Assembly (NCBI GenBank): GCA_965552055.1
Contig: CBEVQO010000003.1
Location: 1-64,000 of the forward strand
Direction of reading: 5' to 3'
DNA length: 64,000 bases
Source of the DNA: an uncultured bacterium
GTDB lineage: Bacteria; Hydrothermota; UBA3073; NMUJ01; CBEVQO01
Below the pieces are notes generated by a model. It searched no databases, was not told the DNA's origin, and saw nothing but the letters and a program-made list of their open reading frames with translations. Both the position numbers and the translations under genes were made by a program. Positions within the stretch are counted from its first letter, which is position 1, and each line of letters opens with the position of its first letter. This document shows positions 47,384 through 56,278 of this stretch, one piece after another.

Positions 47384-50289
47384 GCTTTTTTCAAAAATTT
47401 TAAAAAATTCTCTGGAGACAAACTTAATTCTACAAATTCTTCAACTTTCTCAATCCTTATCCTCTCATCAAATACATTTTTTAAAAATTTTTTGTCAATT
47501 TTGCCTTTAAACTTTAATCTTACCTTTCTTTCTCCGATTTCTGCTTTTATTATTCTAAATTTTTCGCAGTAAAGTGCTATTTCTTTTGCGAGTAATAAAT
47601 TTCTGGCTTCAACAGGTGGCTCACCAAATCTATCTTTTAGTTCTTTCACAAATTCATAAAATTTATCAACATCCTCTATTCCTGCAAGTCGCTTATACAG
47701 GGCAATTTTGCGATTTGGGTCAACATAATAATCAGGGAAAAAGGCATCCCTATCTATTTTTACTTCGCATCTTATTTTTTCTTCTTTCTTTTCGCCTTTT
47801 AATTCTTTGATTGTATCTTCAAGCAATTTCATATAAAGATTGTATCCAATCATATTTACAAAGCCATGTTGCTCTTTGCCAAGCACATTACCTGCTCCTC
47901 TCATCTCAAGGTCTTTCATAGCAAGTTTAAATCCTGCACCAAGTTCTGCGAAACTAACAATAGCTGCTATCCTTTTCTTTGCTTTATCCGTAATTTTACG
48001 GGGAATTATAAGATAGCAATATGCCTGACGATGAGACCTGCCAACTCTTCCTCTTAGCTGATGCAAATCAGCCAGCCCAAATTTATCTGCTCTATTTATT
48101 ATTATGGTGTTGGCATTGGGTACATCTATCCCTGTTCCCACAATCGCAGTCGAAACAAGTACATCAATTTCTCCTTTCATAAATCTTTCCATTATTTTTT
48201 CGAGAATTCTTGAGGGTAACTTTGCGTGTGCTACTTCTATTCTTACATCTGGCAATAATTTTTGTAAAACCTCTGCAATGTTATAGATTGATGTTATTCT
48301 ATTGTGAATGAAATAGACCTGACCCCCTCTCTCAATTTCCTTCATTATTATATTTTTGATAAGCTCATTATCCCATTTTATTACCTGTGTTATTACTGCT
48401 TTCCTGCCGGGTGGAGGCGTCTCAATCACAGACAGGTCTCTAATCCCTGTAAGTGCCATATACAGTGTGCGGGGAATGGGTGTTGCTGTGAGAGAAAGAG
48501 TATCAACATTTACTTTCATCTGCCTTATCTTTTCTTTATGCCTTACTCCAAATTTATGCTCATCATCAATTATCAACAATCCCAAATCTTTAAATTTTAC
48601 ATCGGGAGATAATAATCTGTGAGTGCCTATTACAATATCAATTGTGCCATCAGAAAGACCTTTTAAAATTTCTTTTTCTTCTTTTTTACTCGTAAATCTC
48701 GATAACATTCTTATTTCAACTGGAAAATCTTTTAACCTTTCTTTAAAATTCAAGTAATGTTGCTCTGCAAGGATAGTTGTTGGACACAAAAAGCATACCT
48801 GTTTGAAATTCATTACGCATTTAAAAGCTGCACGGAGAGCGAGTTCTGTCTTGCCAAAACCAACATCACCACAGACAACCCTATCCATGGGAAAATCACT
48901 TTCCATATCTCTTTTTATGTCAGAAAGGGCTTTTAACTGGTCTTCTGTTTCTTCATACGGAAAACTCAGTTCAAAAATTTTTTGCTCCGGGGTATCAGGC
49001 GAGAATTTAAATCCTTTTTCAATTTTCCTTTTTGCATACAAAATAAGTAACTCTTTTAACATTTTTTCGAGTGCAGTTTTTACTTTCTTTTTCTTCAATT
49101 CCCAATCATTTGAACTGAGACGTGATAATTTTGGCTCACCGCCATCAAGATTTTCGTATTTATCAACGAGATAAAGATTTTCAACGGGGACATAAACCTT
49201 TCCGTCTTCATATTCAAGCTCTATGCAATCATAAACTTTGCCTTTGCATTCAATTTGCTTTATCCCTTTATACCTTCCAATTCCATAATCCTGATGCACA
49301 CAATATTCGCCTTCGGATAGGGAATGTAATAGTTCTTTTGATACTCTTATTTTTTCAAATCTTTTTCTCAAATCTTCTTTTTTACCGAATATATCTTCTT
49401 CTGTGAATACTGCGAGTTTTATATCATCTGCTACAAAACCTGTTTTCGCTGGTAGAATCAAAATTTCTGCATCCATTATCAATTCAGAGATTGACCTTGC
49501 AGTATGAAAATTTTTACATAAAATGATTTTTTTATAATCGCGGTAGCAGGGAAGTGCTTCTTTAAAAATTTTGTAATTCCCATAAAAAGAACTCCTTACA
49601 TTCATGTCAAATCCATCTCCAAAATAAAGGTCATAATTTAAATTCGGGATATTATCGGAGATTAAAAAGCCATTAATTTTTTCAACATCTGTGAATTCTT
49701 CAAATTTTAATGGATAAATTTTGATTTCATCAATTTTTCTTATGGAAGTTTGGGTTTCTACATCGAATTCTCTTATTTCTTCGATTTTATCACCGAAAAA
49801 TTCAATCCTCACAGGATTTTTCGCCAAAATAGGGAAGATGTCAATTATTCCGCCTCTAACAGCATATTCGCCCGGTTCTTCAACAGTTCCAACTCTTTTA
49901 TATCCAAAATCTTCAAAAATTTTTAAAATTTTTTCAAAATTTGTTAAAATTTTTGAATTTAATGTTAAAATTTTTGATTTTAATGTTGAAAAATTTAAGA
50001 TTTTTGTTAAATTTTTCAATGCAAAGATTCCTTCTTTTTGTAGTGCTATTGAGAATTGTAGTGTGTTTGTGTAATCGTTGTCTTTGAGTGTGTAAGCGTT
50101 TAGTAGATTTTGTGTTTCGCAGATTAATTCTTCATTTTCTGTTATCAAAATTATTTTTTTGTGGGTTTGTTTGAATTTGTAGAGTATGAGTATTTTAAGT
50201 AGAGGAGGTATTTCTTTTATTTTCTTTTGTTTTAGTGCATCATTAAATTTTTTCCATTTTTCAACTATTTTAAGTAATTCAGTCATCAT
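47377..50289 (-). CDS. mfd: Transcription-repair coupling factor
   Basis: RGGIIDIF, HQDYGIG CarD/TRCF RID, CGDVGFGKT, DDEH, TATPIPRTL, QLRGRVGR, DLEMRGAG. Confidence 0.95.
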   Translation of the reverse strand: MMTELLKIVEKWKKFNDALKQKKIKEIPPLLKILILYKFKQTHKKIILITENEELICETQNLLNAYTLKDNDYTNTLQFSIALQKEGIFALKNLTKILNFSTLKSKILTLNSKILTNFEKILKIFEDFGYKRVGTVEEPGEYAVRGGIIDIFPILAKNPVRIEFFGDKIEEIREFDVETQTSIRKIDEIKIYPLKFEEFTDVEKINGFLISDNIPNLNYDLYFGDGFDMNVRSSFYGNYKIFKEALPCYRDYKKIILCKNFHTARSISELIMDAEILILPAKTGFVADDIKLAVFTEEDIFGKKEDLRKRFEKIRVSKELLHSLSEGEYCVHQDYGIGRYKGIKQIECKGKVYDCIELEYEDGKVYVPVENLYLVDKYENLDGGEPKLSRLSSNDWELKKKKVKTALEKMLKELLILYAKRKIEKGFKFSPDTPEQKIFELSFPYEETEDQLKALSDIKRDMESDFPMDRVVCGDVGFGKTELALRAAFKCVMNFKQVCFLCPTTILAEQHYLNFKERLKDFPVEIRMLSRFTSKKEEKEILKGLSDGTIDIVIGTHRLLSPDVKFKDLGLLIIDDEHKFGVRHKEKIRQMKVNVDTLSLTATPIPRTLYMALTGIRDLSVIETPPPGRKAVITQVIKWDNELIKNIIMKEIERGGQVYFIHNRITSIYNIAEVLQKLLPDVRIEVAHAKLPSRILEKIMERFMKGEIDVLVSTAIVGTGIDVPNANTIIINRADKFGLADLHQLRGRVGRSHRQAYCYLIIPRKITDKAKKRIAAIVSFAELGAGFKLAMKDLEMRGAGNVLGKEQHGFVNMIGYNLYMKLLEDTIKELKGEKKEEKIRCEVKIDRDAFFPDYYVDPNRKIALYKRLAGIEDVDKFYEFVKELKDRFGEPPVEARNLLLAKEIALYCEKFRIIKAEIGERKVRLKFKGKIDKKFLKNVFDERIRIEKVEEFVELSLSPENFLKFLKKAC

Positions 50290-50384
50290 AATTTATTTTC
50301 TAAATTCTGGGGTTGTCAAGCTATAAGGATATTAGGAGATTTTGTTTAATGTAGGTATCTGAAATTATTTGTTTTAAAACAAAA

Positions 50385-53300
50385 TTATATTTCAATGCAA
50401 ATGGGATATGCATTTATATGTCCCTCTTTCCAAAGTTTTGCTGGATTTTTAATCTTTTTTAATTTTGCATCTTTTGTTCCAGCGCCATAAACTCTATAAA
50501 TGTAAAATTTATTTCCTTTCTCTTTCATTAGCCTCCATTGATCTTTTGACACTTCAAACCAAGTTTTTTCGAATTCTTTTGTTGATTTAACCTCGATAAA
50601 AATCTCGTCCTCATTTTCTGTAATCTTTATATCATAGTGTTGCCCACTTTCTCCATTCTTGTTTAACCATACTACTTCTGCAATTACCCTACCATCTTTT
50701 TCTAATTTAAAGCCTTGTTCAGTATTTAATAAAGATGCATCAGGATACTTTCTCGTCATTTCATCTTTAATGCACCTAAAAGCATATTCTTCTCCCCATC
50801 GCCCAATATCTTCTTTGGCTTTTTTACTTAAAACTTCGATAGATCGTTCCCAATCTCCATGTGATCTGGTTGCGGACTTTTTATCTGAAAGTTTTGACTC
50901 TTTATCGGTTATTTTTGTTTCTTTTCCTCCTTCATGCGTGTATTTGTATTCTTCTATTCTAATAGGAGCTTTTTCTGGAGAAATTTCTGGTGTCCATTCT
51001 TTTTTAACCCGAGTATCAATGCTTGTTTCTGCAAGTTCCTCACCCTCTTCTGCTTTGGCTTTTTTGAAGACTTCAATCTTCCCCTTTTCCTCAGCAGCAA
51101 TCCTGCTTTCTACTTCCTTTGTTTCCTCTTTTGTCACCTCTACTTCTCCCTTTTCTTTCTTTACTCTTTTAGAAACCCTCTTTAAAATTTCCTCTTCTGA
51201 TTTTGGTAATTGCCTTATCTTTTTAGCCTTCATTATATCCTCTGCACTGGAAACATTACTCATTATGTTCATTATAAAATCATCAAGACCTTTAATTTCA
51301 CCAAATACTTTAGAAAATTCCACAGCGATATCATAGATACCCGCATTGTTCTTCATATATATGCAATTCTTGTCTTTGTGGTAGACGCATTTTCTTTCAG
51401 CCTCTCTGCTTATTTCTGTCCATTCATTAACTTTTATTGAATATTTTACTTTCAGATTGTCAGTAACATAAACTTCAATCGCTCCAATTTTTTTAAGCGT
51501 TCCATTTCCCTTAAGTTTTTCATATTCTGCATATTCCCTCCAGTAAAGATATCGTAAAACATATGGTATAACATCTTGAATGAGTTTAGTACGTTTATCA
51601 TCTTTTGAAAGCTTTGTCTTTTCTACCAAAGGCACAATCTCAATACTTTCAGATAAATAATTGAGGTTGCAAGCTTTAATAAAGAATTTTATTTTATCTG
51701 GGTTATAGTTTTCTGGTAGCCAGAGAAAACCGATATCCTTCTCGTCTTTGAATAATTCATAAAGTTCATTATTATCGTTTATGAAAATATTTCCATCGTT
51801 AGACCAGAACTTACCTTTATTAATGAGAAAAATCGATTTTTCGATAAAATCATTCCACCAATCTTCCTCGGATATGGGGTTTTCAATTTTATCTGGATTT
51901 AAGTTACGATTCAGTTCTTCGTATATTCTTATGATTATCTTTTCATCTTCGCTTGATACATCGCTTTTTTTAGATATAGAGCATAAAACATCCGCATAAT
52001 CTTTGGGTATTGGTTTCTCTCTTATTTCAAGTTTTTCTAGGAAGAATTTCTTAAGTTTTGGATAATGCTTTTCTAAATATGCTCTATTTTCACCGAAGAT
52101 CTTGCTTACATCTTTCCACAAGACTTCATCTGCCCGATAATATTTATTGTTTGTACCAGGGACAAAAATCAGAGGATATTCCCTAAATGCATCTTTTATT
52201 TTGACAGGATCTTCTTCAAAATGCTCATCTAAGAATTTATACAATTTTTCAAATTTTTTCTTGTCTTCGCTTTTGCGCTCAATAAGTGCTTTTAGGTAAT
52301 TTAAGACATTCTCTACATTAGCTTGGGTATTAATACCTAAAGCTCTGATAAAATCTTCATTTTCGATTTTTACTGCTAGGTATGGAACAGTGTTACCTAA
52401 AACTTCGCGGATTTCTGGTTTATCTAAAAATACCTCTGAAGGTTTTGCTAAAGCATTTTGGGCGGTTGGGATTTTTAATTTTTCTTTTAGGTCTCTTATA
52501 AATGACGAAGACAATGTTTTATGTCGTTCATAATAATAAAACCACCGATAATCCATTTTCAGATAATTTGAATACTTGCTATTCCAATATTTGTCCAAAA
52601 TTCTTAATAAAATTTCAGCTTTTTTAAAATCAAGCTTTTCTAACAATTCATCAAATTCCTTAGATAATCTCCAATCCTTAACCTTATGCCCCCAAGTAGA
52701 ATATTCTTTTTCTTCAGTAGTGGGGTATTTGTCATTAGAAGATATATATCCTTCATAATATTTTACTCTCGGTATATCGTTTACTCCTATTTTCAAGAGA
52801 AATTTCTTCCATTCTTCAACTTTTTTACTCTTCTTTTTCTCTAATTCTTCAATCTGTTTCTCAATTTTTCTAACCTCTTTTCTATGTTTCTTTTTCCACT
52901 TCTTACTTTTCTCCTGTAGTTTGCTTTTTAACTCCGAAATTTCATTATCAATTCGTTTTATGTCTTGTTCAAGATAACAAAAATGCACGAAACTTACATC
53001 TATACCTTCAAATAATGTCTCTAAATCATTTTCATTACCATAACTCTTTGGTAAATATACATTCTCTGGAGAGTCATACCATTCTTTATCCTCCTCATTA
53101 TTAATGCGGATAAGAAGCGATTCTCTGAGACGTTTTAATGGGTCTTCTTTAGTCTTCCGAGATGCTTTATTAGCATTTAACTTTCTGTCACTTTCTCTCT
53201 CGTATTTGTCTATATTATCTTTGATATATTTGACATATCCGATAAGAGTTCTTGGATCTTTTTGTTTCCATCCTTTACTTTCATAAACAGGTAAAATATG

Positions 53301-54983
53301 GCTTTCAATGATCTCGTAAGGGTCTGCTTGTTTAAGTCCTAATCTCTTGAGAAATTCTAAAATTTTATCTCTTTCTTCTTTATCTTGCTTTGAAACAATA
53401 TCTATGATTGCCTTTTCAATTACTCTGAGCTCATCTTCAAAGCCATATACTGATTTTCTCTCCAGCGGGAAGAATACAGTGCCTTTATTTATAGAAGTAA
53501 GTTCTCCATTCTCCAATTTTATAATCTCCAGATTCTTTAATCGTTCTAATTGCTCGTCAGATAGCTTTTTCTTGCTAAGATAACTAAATAACTTTGCAAA
53601 CCATTCTTTATTCTGGTTTTCGATCCATTCCTTATTCTCCAAACACTTAATTAGGTCATTAATTGAAAAATTTTTAACTCCCAGTTTTTGAAGAACTTGC
53701 TTTTTAACTTTTATTTTATCCGATATGTATTCTTTTCCAAAAAATTTCTGGAGATCTTCATTGGTTACTATTTCTTTTATTTCATCATCACCAGTTAAAA
53801 CCTCTGAAGGTTTCTTCCACTTGTTTGTTTTTGTCAAAATACATGCTTCTTTCTTGAGTTCTTTATATATTTCTTCTACTACCGGTGAAAAGAAATCGTC
53901 TTTTATTTCTTTTTTGAGGGGAAGATAATTGTAAAAGCCGTATTTTAAATTTTCATCATTTTTAAATTCTCTAACAGCATCTAAGAACACTTTTATGATA
54001 GAACCTCTAAGCCATTCGTTCCATTTATTGTCTTTGATAATATCTTCACGAGTTATTGGTAGAAGAAAATCGGCTTGGATGATAAATTTAAATCCATACT
54101 CACGAACTGGAAGATATGCAAAGACAAATTGCTCATTAGAAGTATCGGGAGAATAATCTTCTTTTAAGGGAAATGCCAAAATAATCTCTGTTTCACTAAC
54201 ATCTCTTCGCCTTTCTTCATCCATATCCTGTGGAACCTTAAATAACTTTTTAATTACTTTCCAATAGCTTTTTTTTCCATTGTAAATAACCTCGACTATT
54301 CCATTTTTCTCATGCAGTTCCATCCTTTTAACTTTTTTACCTTTCTCCACAATTTCAATTACTTTCAACTTTTTAAGAAATAGCAAAAGCGATGGATGAA
54401 TTTCATCAATATACTTGCTTATCTTGTTTCTTATTTCAGGTTTAAGATATAGAACAATATTTGTCTGCGCTGGATCAACAAAATCAGGAATTTCATCAAT
54501 CCATTCAGGGATTATCATCGTTACAGGATTGCTTTCATCGTAGTTGAAACCAAATTGGAAACCGTTTGAATAAATCTGCACCCTATTTGCGATCATAAAA
54601 ACAGATTTAAATCCAATACCCTTTTCACCGATATAACCCAACGCTTTCGTTTTTGTTGTTTCACCTATACCACACAATGCCCAAACATTTTTCTCTTCAA
54701 ATCCTTTTTCATTGTTTTGAATTACCAACCAATCAGAGCTTATTATAAACCTAATTTTGGGACGAATATTTTCTTCATATTTGTTATCCTCTGCATTCTG
54801 GATTAATTCAAAAACAAAATGGGGATTTCTTGTGTGAATTTCTTTAGCAAGTTTAGAGGCATTTTTCAAAATTCTTTCTTTATCTTTAAGTGCAGCTCTT
54901 TGCGCTTCTGTTAAATCTTTAGTATCAAGCCCGATTCCAAATCTTATTTTTCTTATCTTCTCAATGACTTTTTTCTTGTTCAT
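50385..54983 (-). CDS. Sacsin/NO VEIN-like HATPase fused to C-terminal DUF3883 (PD-(D/E)xK) nuclease domain
   Basis: FELIQNAED, IGEKGIGFKSVF, FIIQADF; C-terminal GRWGEE...YDI...FIEVKST. Confidence 0.85.
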   Translation of the reverse strand: MNKKKVIEKIRKIRFGIGLDTKDLTEAQRAALKDKERILKNASKLAKEIHTRNPHFVFELIQNAEDNKYEENIRPKIRFIISSDWLVIQNNEKGFEEKNVWALCGIGETTKTKALGYIGEKGIGFKSVFMIANRVQIYSNGFQFGFNYDESNPVTMIIPEWIDEIPDFVDPAQTNIVLYLKPEIRNKISKYIDEIHPSLLLFLKKLKVIEIVEKGKKVKRMELHEKNGIVEVIYNGKKSYWKVIKKLFKVPQDMDEERRRDVSETEIILAFPLKEDYSPDTSNEQFVFAYLPVREYGFKFIIQADFLLPITREDIIKDNKWNEWLRGSIIKVFLDAVREFKNDENLKYGFYNYLPLKKEIKDDFFSPVVEEIYKELKKEACILTKTNKWKKPSEVLTGDDEIKEIVTNEDLQKFFGKEYISDKIKVKKQVLQKLGVKNFSINDLIKCLENKEWIENQNKEWFAKLFSYLSKKKLSDEQLERLKNLEIIKLENGELTSINKGTVFFPLERKSVYGFEDELRVIEKAIIDIVSKQDKEERDKILEFLKRLGLKQADPYEIIESHILPVYESKGWKQKDPRTLIGYVKYIKDNIDKYERESDRKLNANKASRKTKEDPLKRLRESLLIRINNEEDKEWYDSPENVYLPKSYGNENDLETLFEGIDVSFVHFCYLEQDIKRIDNEISELKSKLQEKSKKWKKKHRKEVRKIEKQIEELEKKKSKKVEEWKKFLLKIGVNDIPRVKYYEGYISSNDKYPTTEEKEYSTWGHKVKDWRLSKEFDELLEKLDFKKAEILLRILDKYWNSKYSNYLKMDYRWFYYYERHKTLSSSFIRDLKEKLKIPTAQNALAKPSEVFLDKPEIREVLGNTVPYLAVKIENEDFIRALGINTQANVENVLNYLKALIERKSEDKKKFEKLYKFLDEHFEEDPVKIKDAFREYPLIFVPGTNNKYYRADEVLWKDVSKIFGENRAYLEKHYPKLKKFFLEKLEIREKPIPKDYADVLCSISKKSDVSSEDEKIIIRIYEELNRNLNPDKIENPISEEDWWNDFIEKSIFLINKGKFWSNDGNIFINDNNELYELFKDEKDIGFLWLPENYNPDKIKFFIKACNLNYLSESIEIVPLVEKTKLSKDDKRTKLIQDVIPYVLRYLYWREYAEYEKLKGNGTLKKIGAIEVYVTDNLKVKYSIKVNEWTEISREAERKCVYHKDKNCIYMKNNAGIYDIAVEFSKVFGEIKGLDDFIMNIMSNVSSAEDIMKAKKIRQLPKSEEEILKRVSKRVKKEKGEVEVTKEETKEVESRIAAEEKGKIEVFKKAKAEEGEELAETSIDTRVKKEWTPEISPEKAPIRIEEYKYTHEGGKETKITDKESKLSDKKSATRSHGDWERSIEVLSKKAKEDIGRWGEEYAFRCIKDEMTRKYPDASLLNTEQGFKLEKDGRVIAEVVWLNKNGESGQHYDIKITENEDEIFIEVKSTKEFEKTWFEVSKDQWRLMKEKGNKFYIYRVYGAGTKDAKLKKIKNPAKLWKEGHINAYPICIEI

Positions 54984-55204
54984 ACTCAAATTTGTTCAGA
55001 TATGTTCTCAAATGAAGAATACGTGTAAACTATTCGCATACACCCTGATTGGATATTGTTCTTATTTTTATCCTTATATTCATCTTCTTTTAAAATACTA
55101 TTAAGTGAGTTAGACCTTAAAGTTTGCATCATAATTATATAATCAAAAATAAGGGGTGTCAAGAGGAAATTTATTATGAGCGGGTGCGTTATACTACATT
55201 TTGA

Positions 55205-55231
55205 TTGACATTCTTCCGTTATGGTTATAAT
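55205..55231 (+). promoter_or_regulatory. sigma70-like promoter, 15-bp spacer
   Basis: TTGACA-N15-TATAAT; in-frame ATG at 55238. Confidence 0.75.
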
Positions 55232-55237
55232 AATTTG

Positions 55238-55663
55238 ATGAGGAAAGATTTTAAAAGACCGTCTTCACCTGCTGAAGCGATTGAGATGTCAAAGAAGTAT
55301 TTTAATAATGCAAAAGATATTTTAAGAAATGTCAGAATAGAATACGATATTTATACAGATGAGAAGCCTGTACGTGAGGCATGTGCTATGGGATATTTAT
55401 CTGCGTTATTTGCCATTGAGGCATTTGCACTGATGAAAGGCTGTAAAGAAAGCGAATTACCGACTTCTTACGATGGACACTGGGAATGGTTATCAAAAGC
55501 ACCCCATGATGGCAAATTGAAAGCATCTTTTAGAGTTGTTTATGAAAATTTGCATGTTTTTGGCTATTACCGGGGCGGTGTAAATGTTGACATGATAAAA
55601 GCTGGCTTCAGGAACGCCAAAAGAATAATAGAAACCTTTGAGAAATTAATTAAGAGAGATTAA
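55238..55663 (+). CDS. DUF5618-like (HEPN-like helical) protein
   Basis: KYFNNAKDIL...YTDEKPVREAC..GYL...YENLHVFGYY recalled as the DUF5618 pattern. Confidence 0.6.
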   Translation: MRKDFKRPSSPAEAIEMSKKYFNNAKDILRNVRIEYDIYTDEKPVREACAMGYLSALFAIEAFALMKGCKESELPTSYDGHWEWLSKAPHDGKLKASFRVVYENLHVFGYYRGGVNVDMIKAGFRNAKRIIETFEKLIKRD

Positions 55664-55668
55664 GTCCA

Positions 55669-55975
55669 GGGTTGTGAGCCAACACCCCGGGCGTTAGAGC
55701 GGAATCACATTTTAAAGGGCGTTTTGGACTTTTGGGCTGATGAAGGTTTAGAAGCGTAATGATGGGTTTGGTTGGGAATCTGGCTTATTACGGGGAGTGC
55801 GTTTTAGGAAGCTGTAATGGTTTTGGAAGTAGTTGAGGGTTGGGGGCGATACCACACTTATACGGGTAAAGGATTTCAGGGAGTGGCGGTGTGGTTTTCG
55901 ATGGTCGAGAGGTTTTGGTTTGGGAATTTGGCTTTATTACCAGAGAGTGATTAAAATAGCCCTGGCAGTGTCAAA
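55669..55975 (+). repeat. Structured intergenic element, copy 5 (headless, degenerate, about 3 internal subunits)
   Basis: GGGTTGTGAGCCAACACCCCG then G/T-rich units ending (T)TATTACGGG similar to copies 2 and 3. Confidence 0.75.
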
Positions 55976-56029
55976 GTAGTGCAATAAAAAATTTTAACAA
56001 CTCTATTAAAATTTTTAAAATTCGTATTA

Positions 56030-56160
56030 AAATTTTTAATGCTCGCTTTGTCACATATGGGTATTTTTGTCGTACTCGAACGGTAAGAGAAACCGCATTT
56101 TGTGGAGTGCTTGCTAATGAGGTAGGGAGGGTAGCTTAGATGTATCGGGCAATTCAAAGC
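56030..56160 (+). repeat. Degenerate remnant of the same element
   Basis: AAATTTTTAATGC...CACATATGGG...CGAACGGTAAGAG..AACCGCATTTT matches the order of motifs in copies 2 and 3. Confidence 0.55.
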
Positions 56161-56167
56161 GGATAAA

Positions 56168-56278
56168 AAATTTTTATTACGAGCGAAGCGAGTGCATTAC
56201 CAATGGGTTGTGAGTCAACACCCCGACTGAAAGGAGGGGTGTGCACGAGGGCGGTGGGGACAGGGAGGCGGGGCAAAT
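56168..56278 (+). repeat. Structured intergenic element, copy 6 (short form)
   Basis: ACGAGCGAAGCGAGT head; core nearly identical to copy 1. Confidence 0.9.

Noticed and set aside
49915..50020. AAAATTTT-rich quasi-tandem repeats in the mfd 5' region
   Set aside because: In-frame low-complexity sequence in the degenerate Mfd N-terminus; no evidence of a separate element or origin
50659..51336. 225-aa plus-strand ORF and many other 60-190 aa antisense ORFs
   Set aside because: Shadow frames of well-supported genes, Ser/Phe/Leu-rich, no motifs
50322..55078. 10-bp inverted repeat TATAAGGATA/TATCCTTATA flanking the DUF3883 gene
   Set aside because: AT-rich and short, plausible by chance; no transposase or target duplication
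55669..56278. CRISPR array interpretation of the repeated intergenic units
   Set aside because: No identical 25-45 bp repeats at regular spacing with unique spacers, and no cas genes
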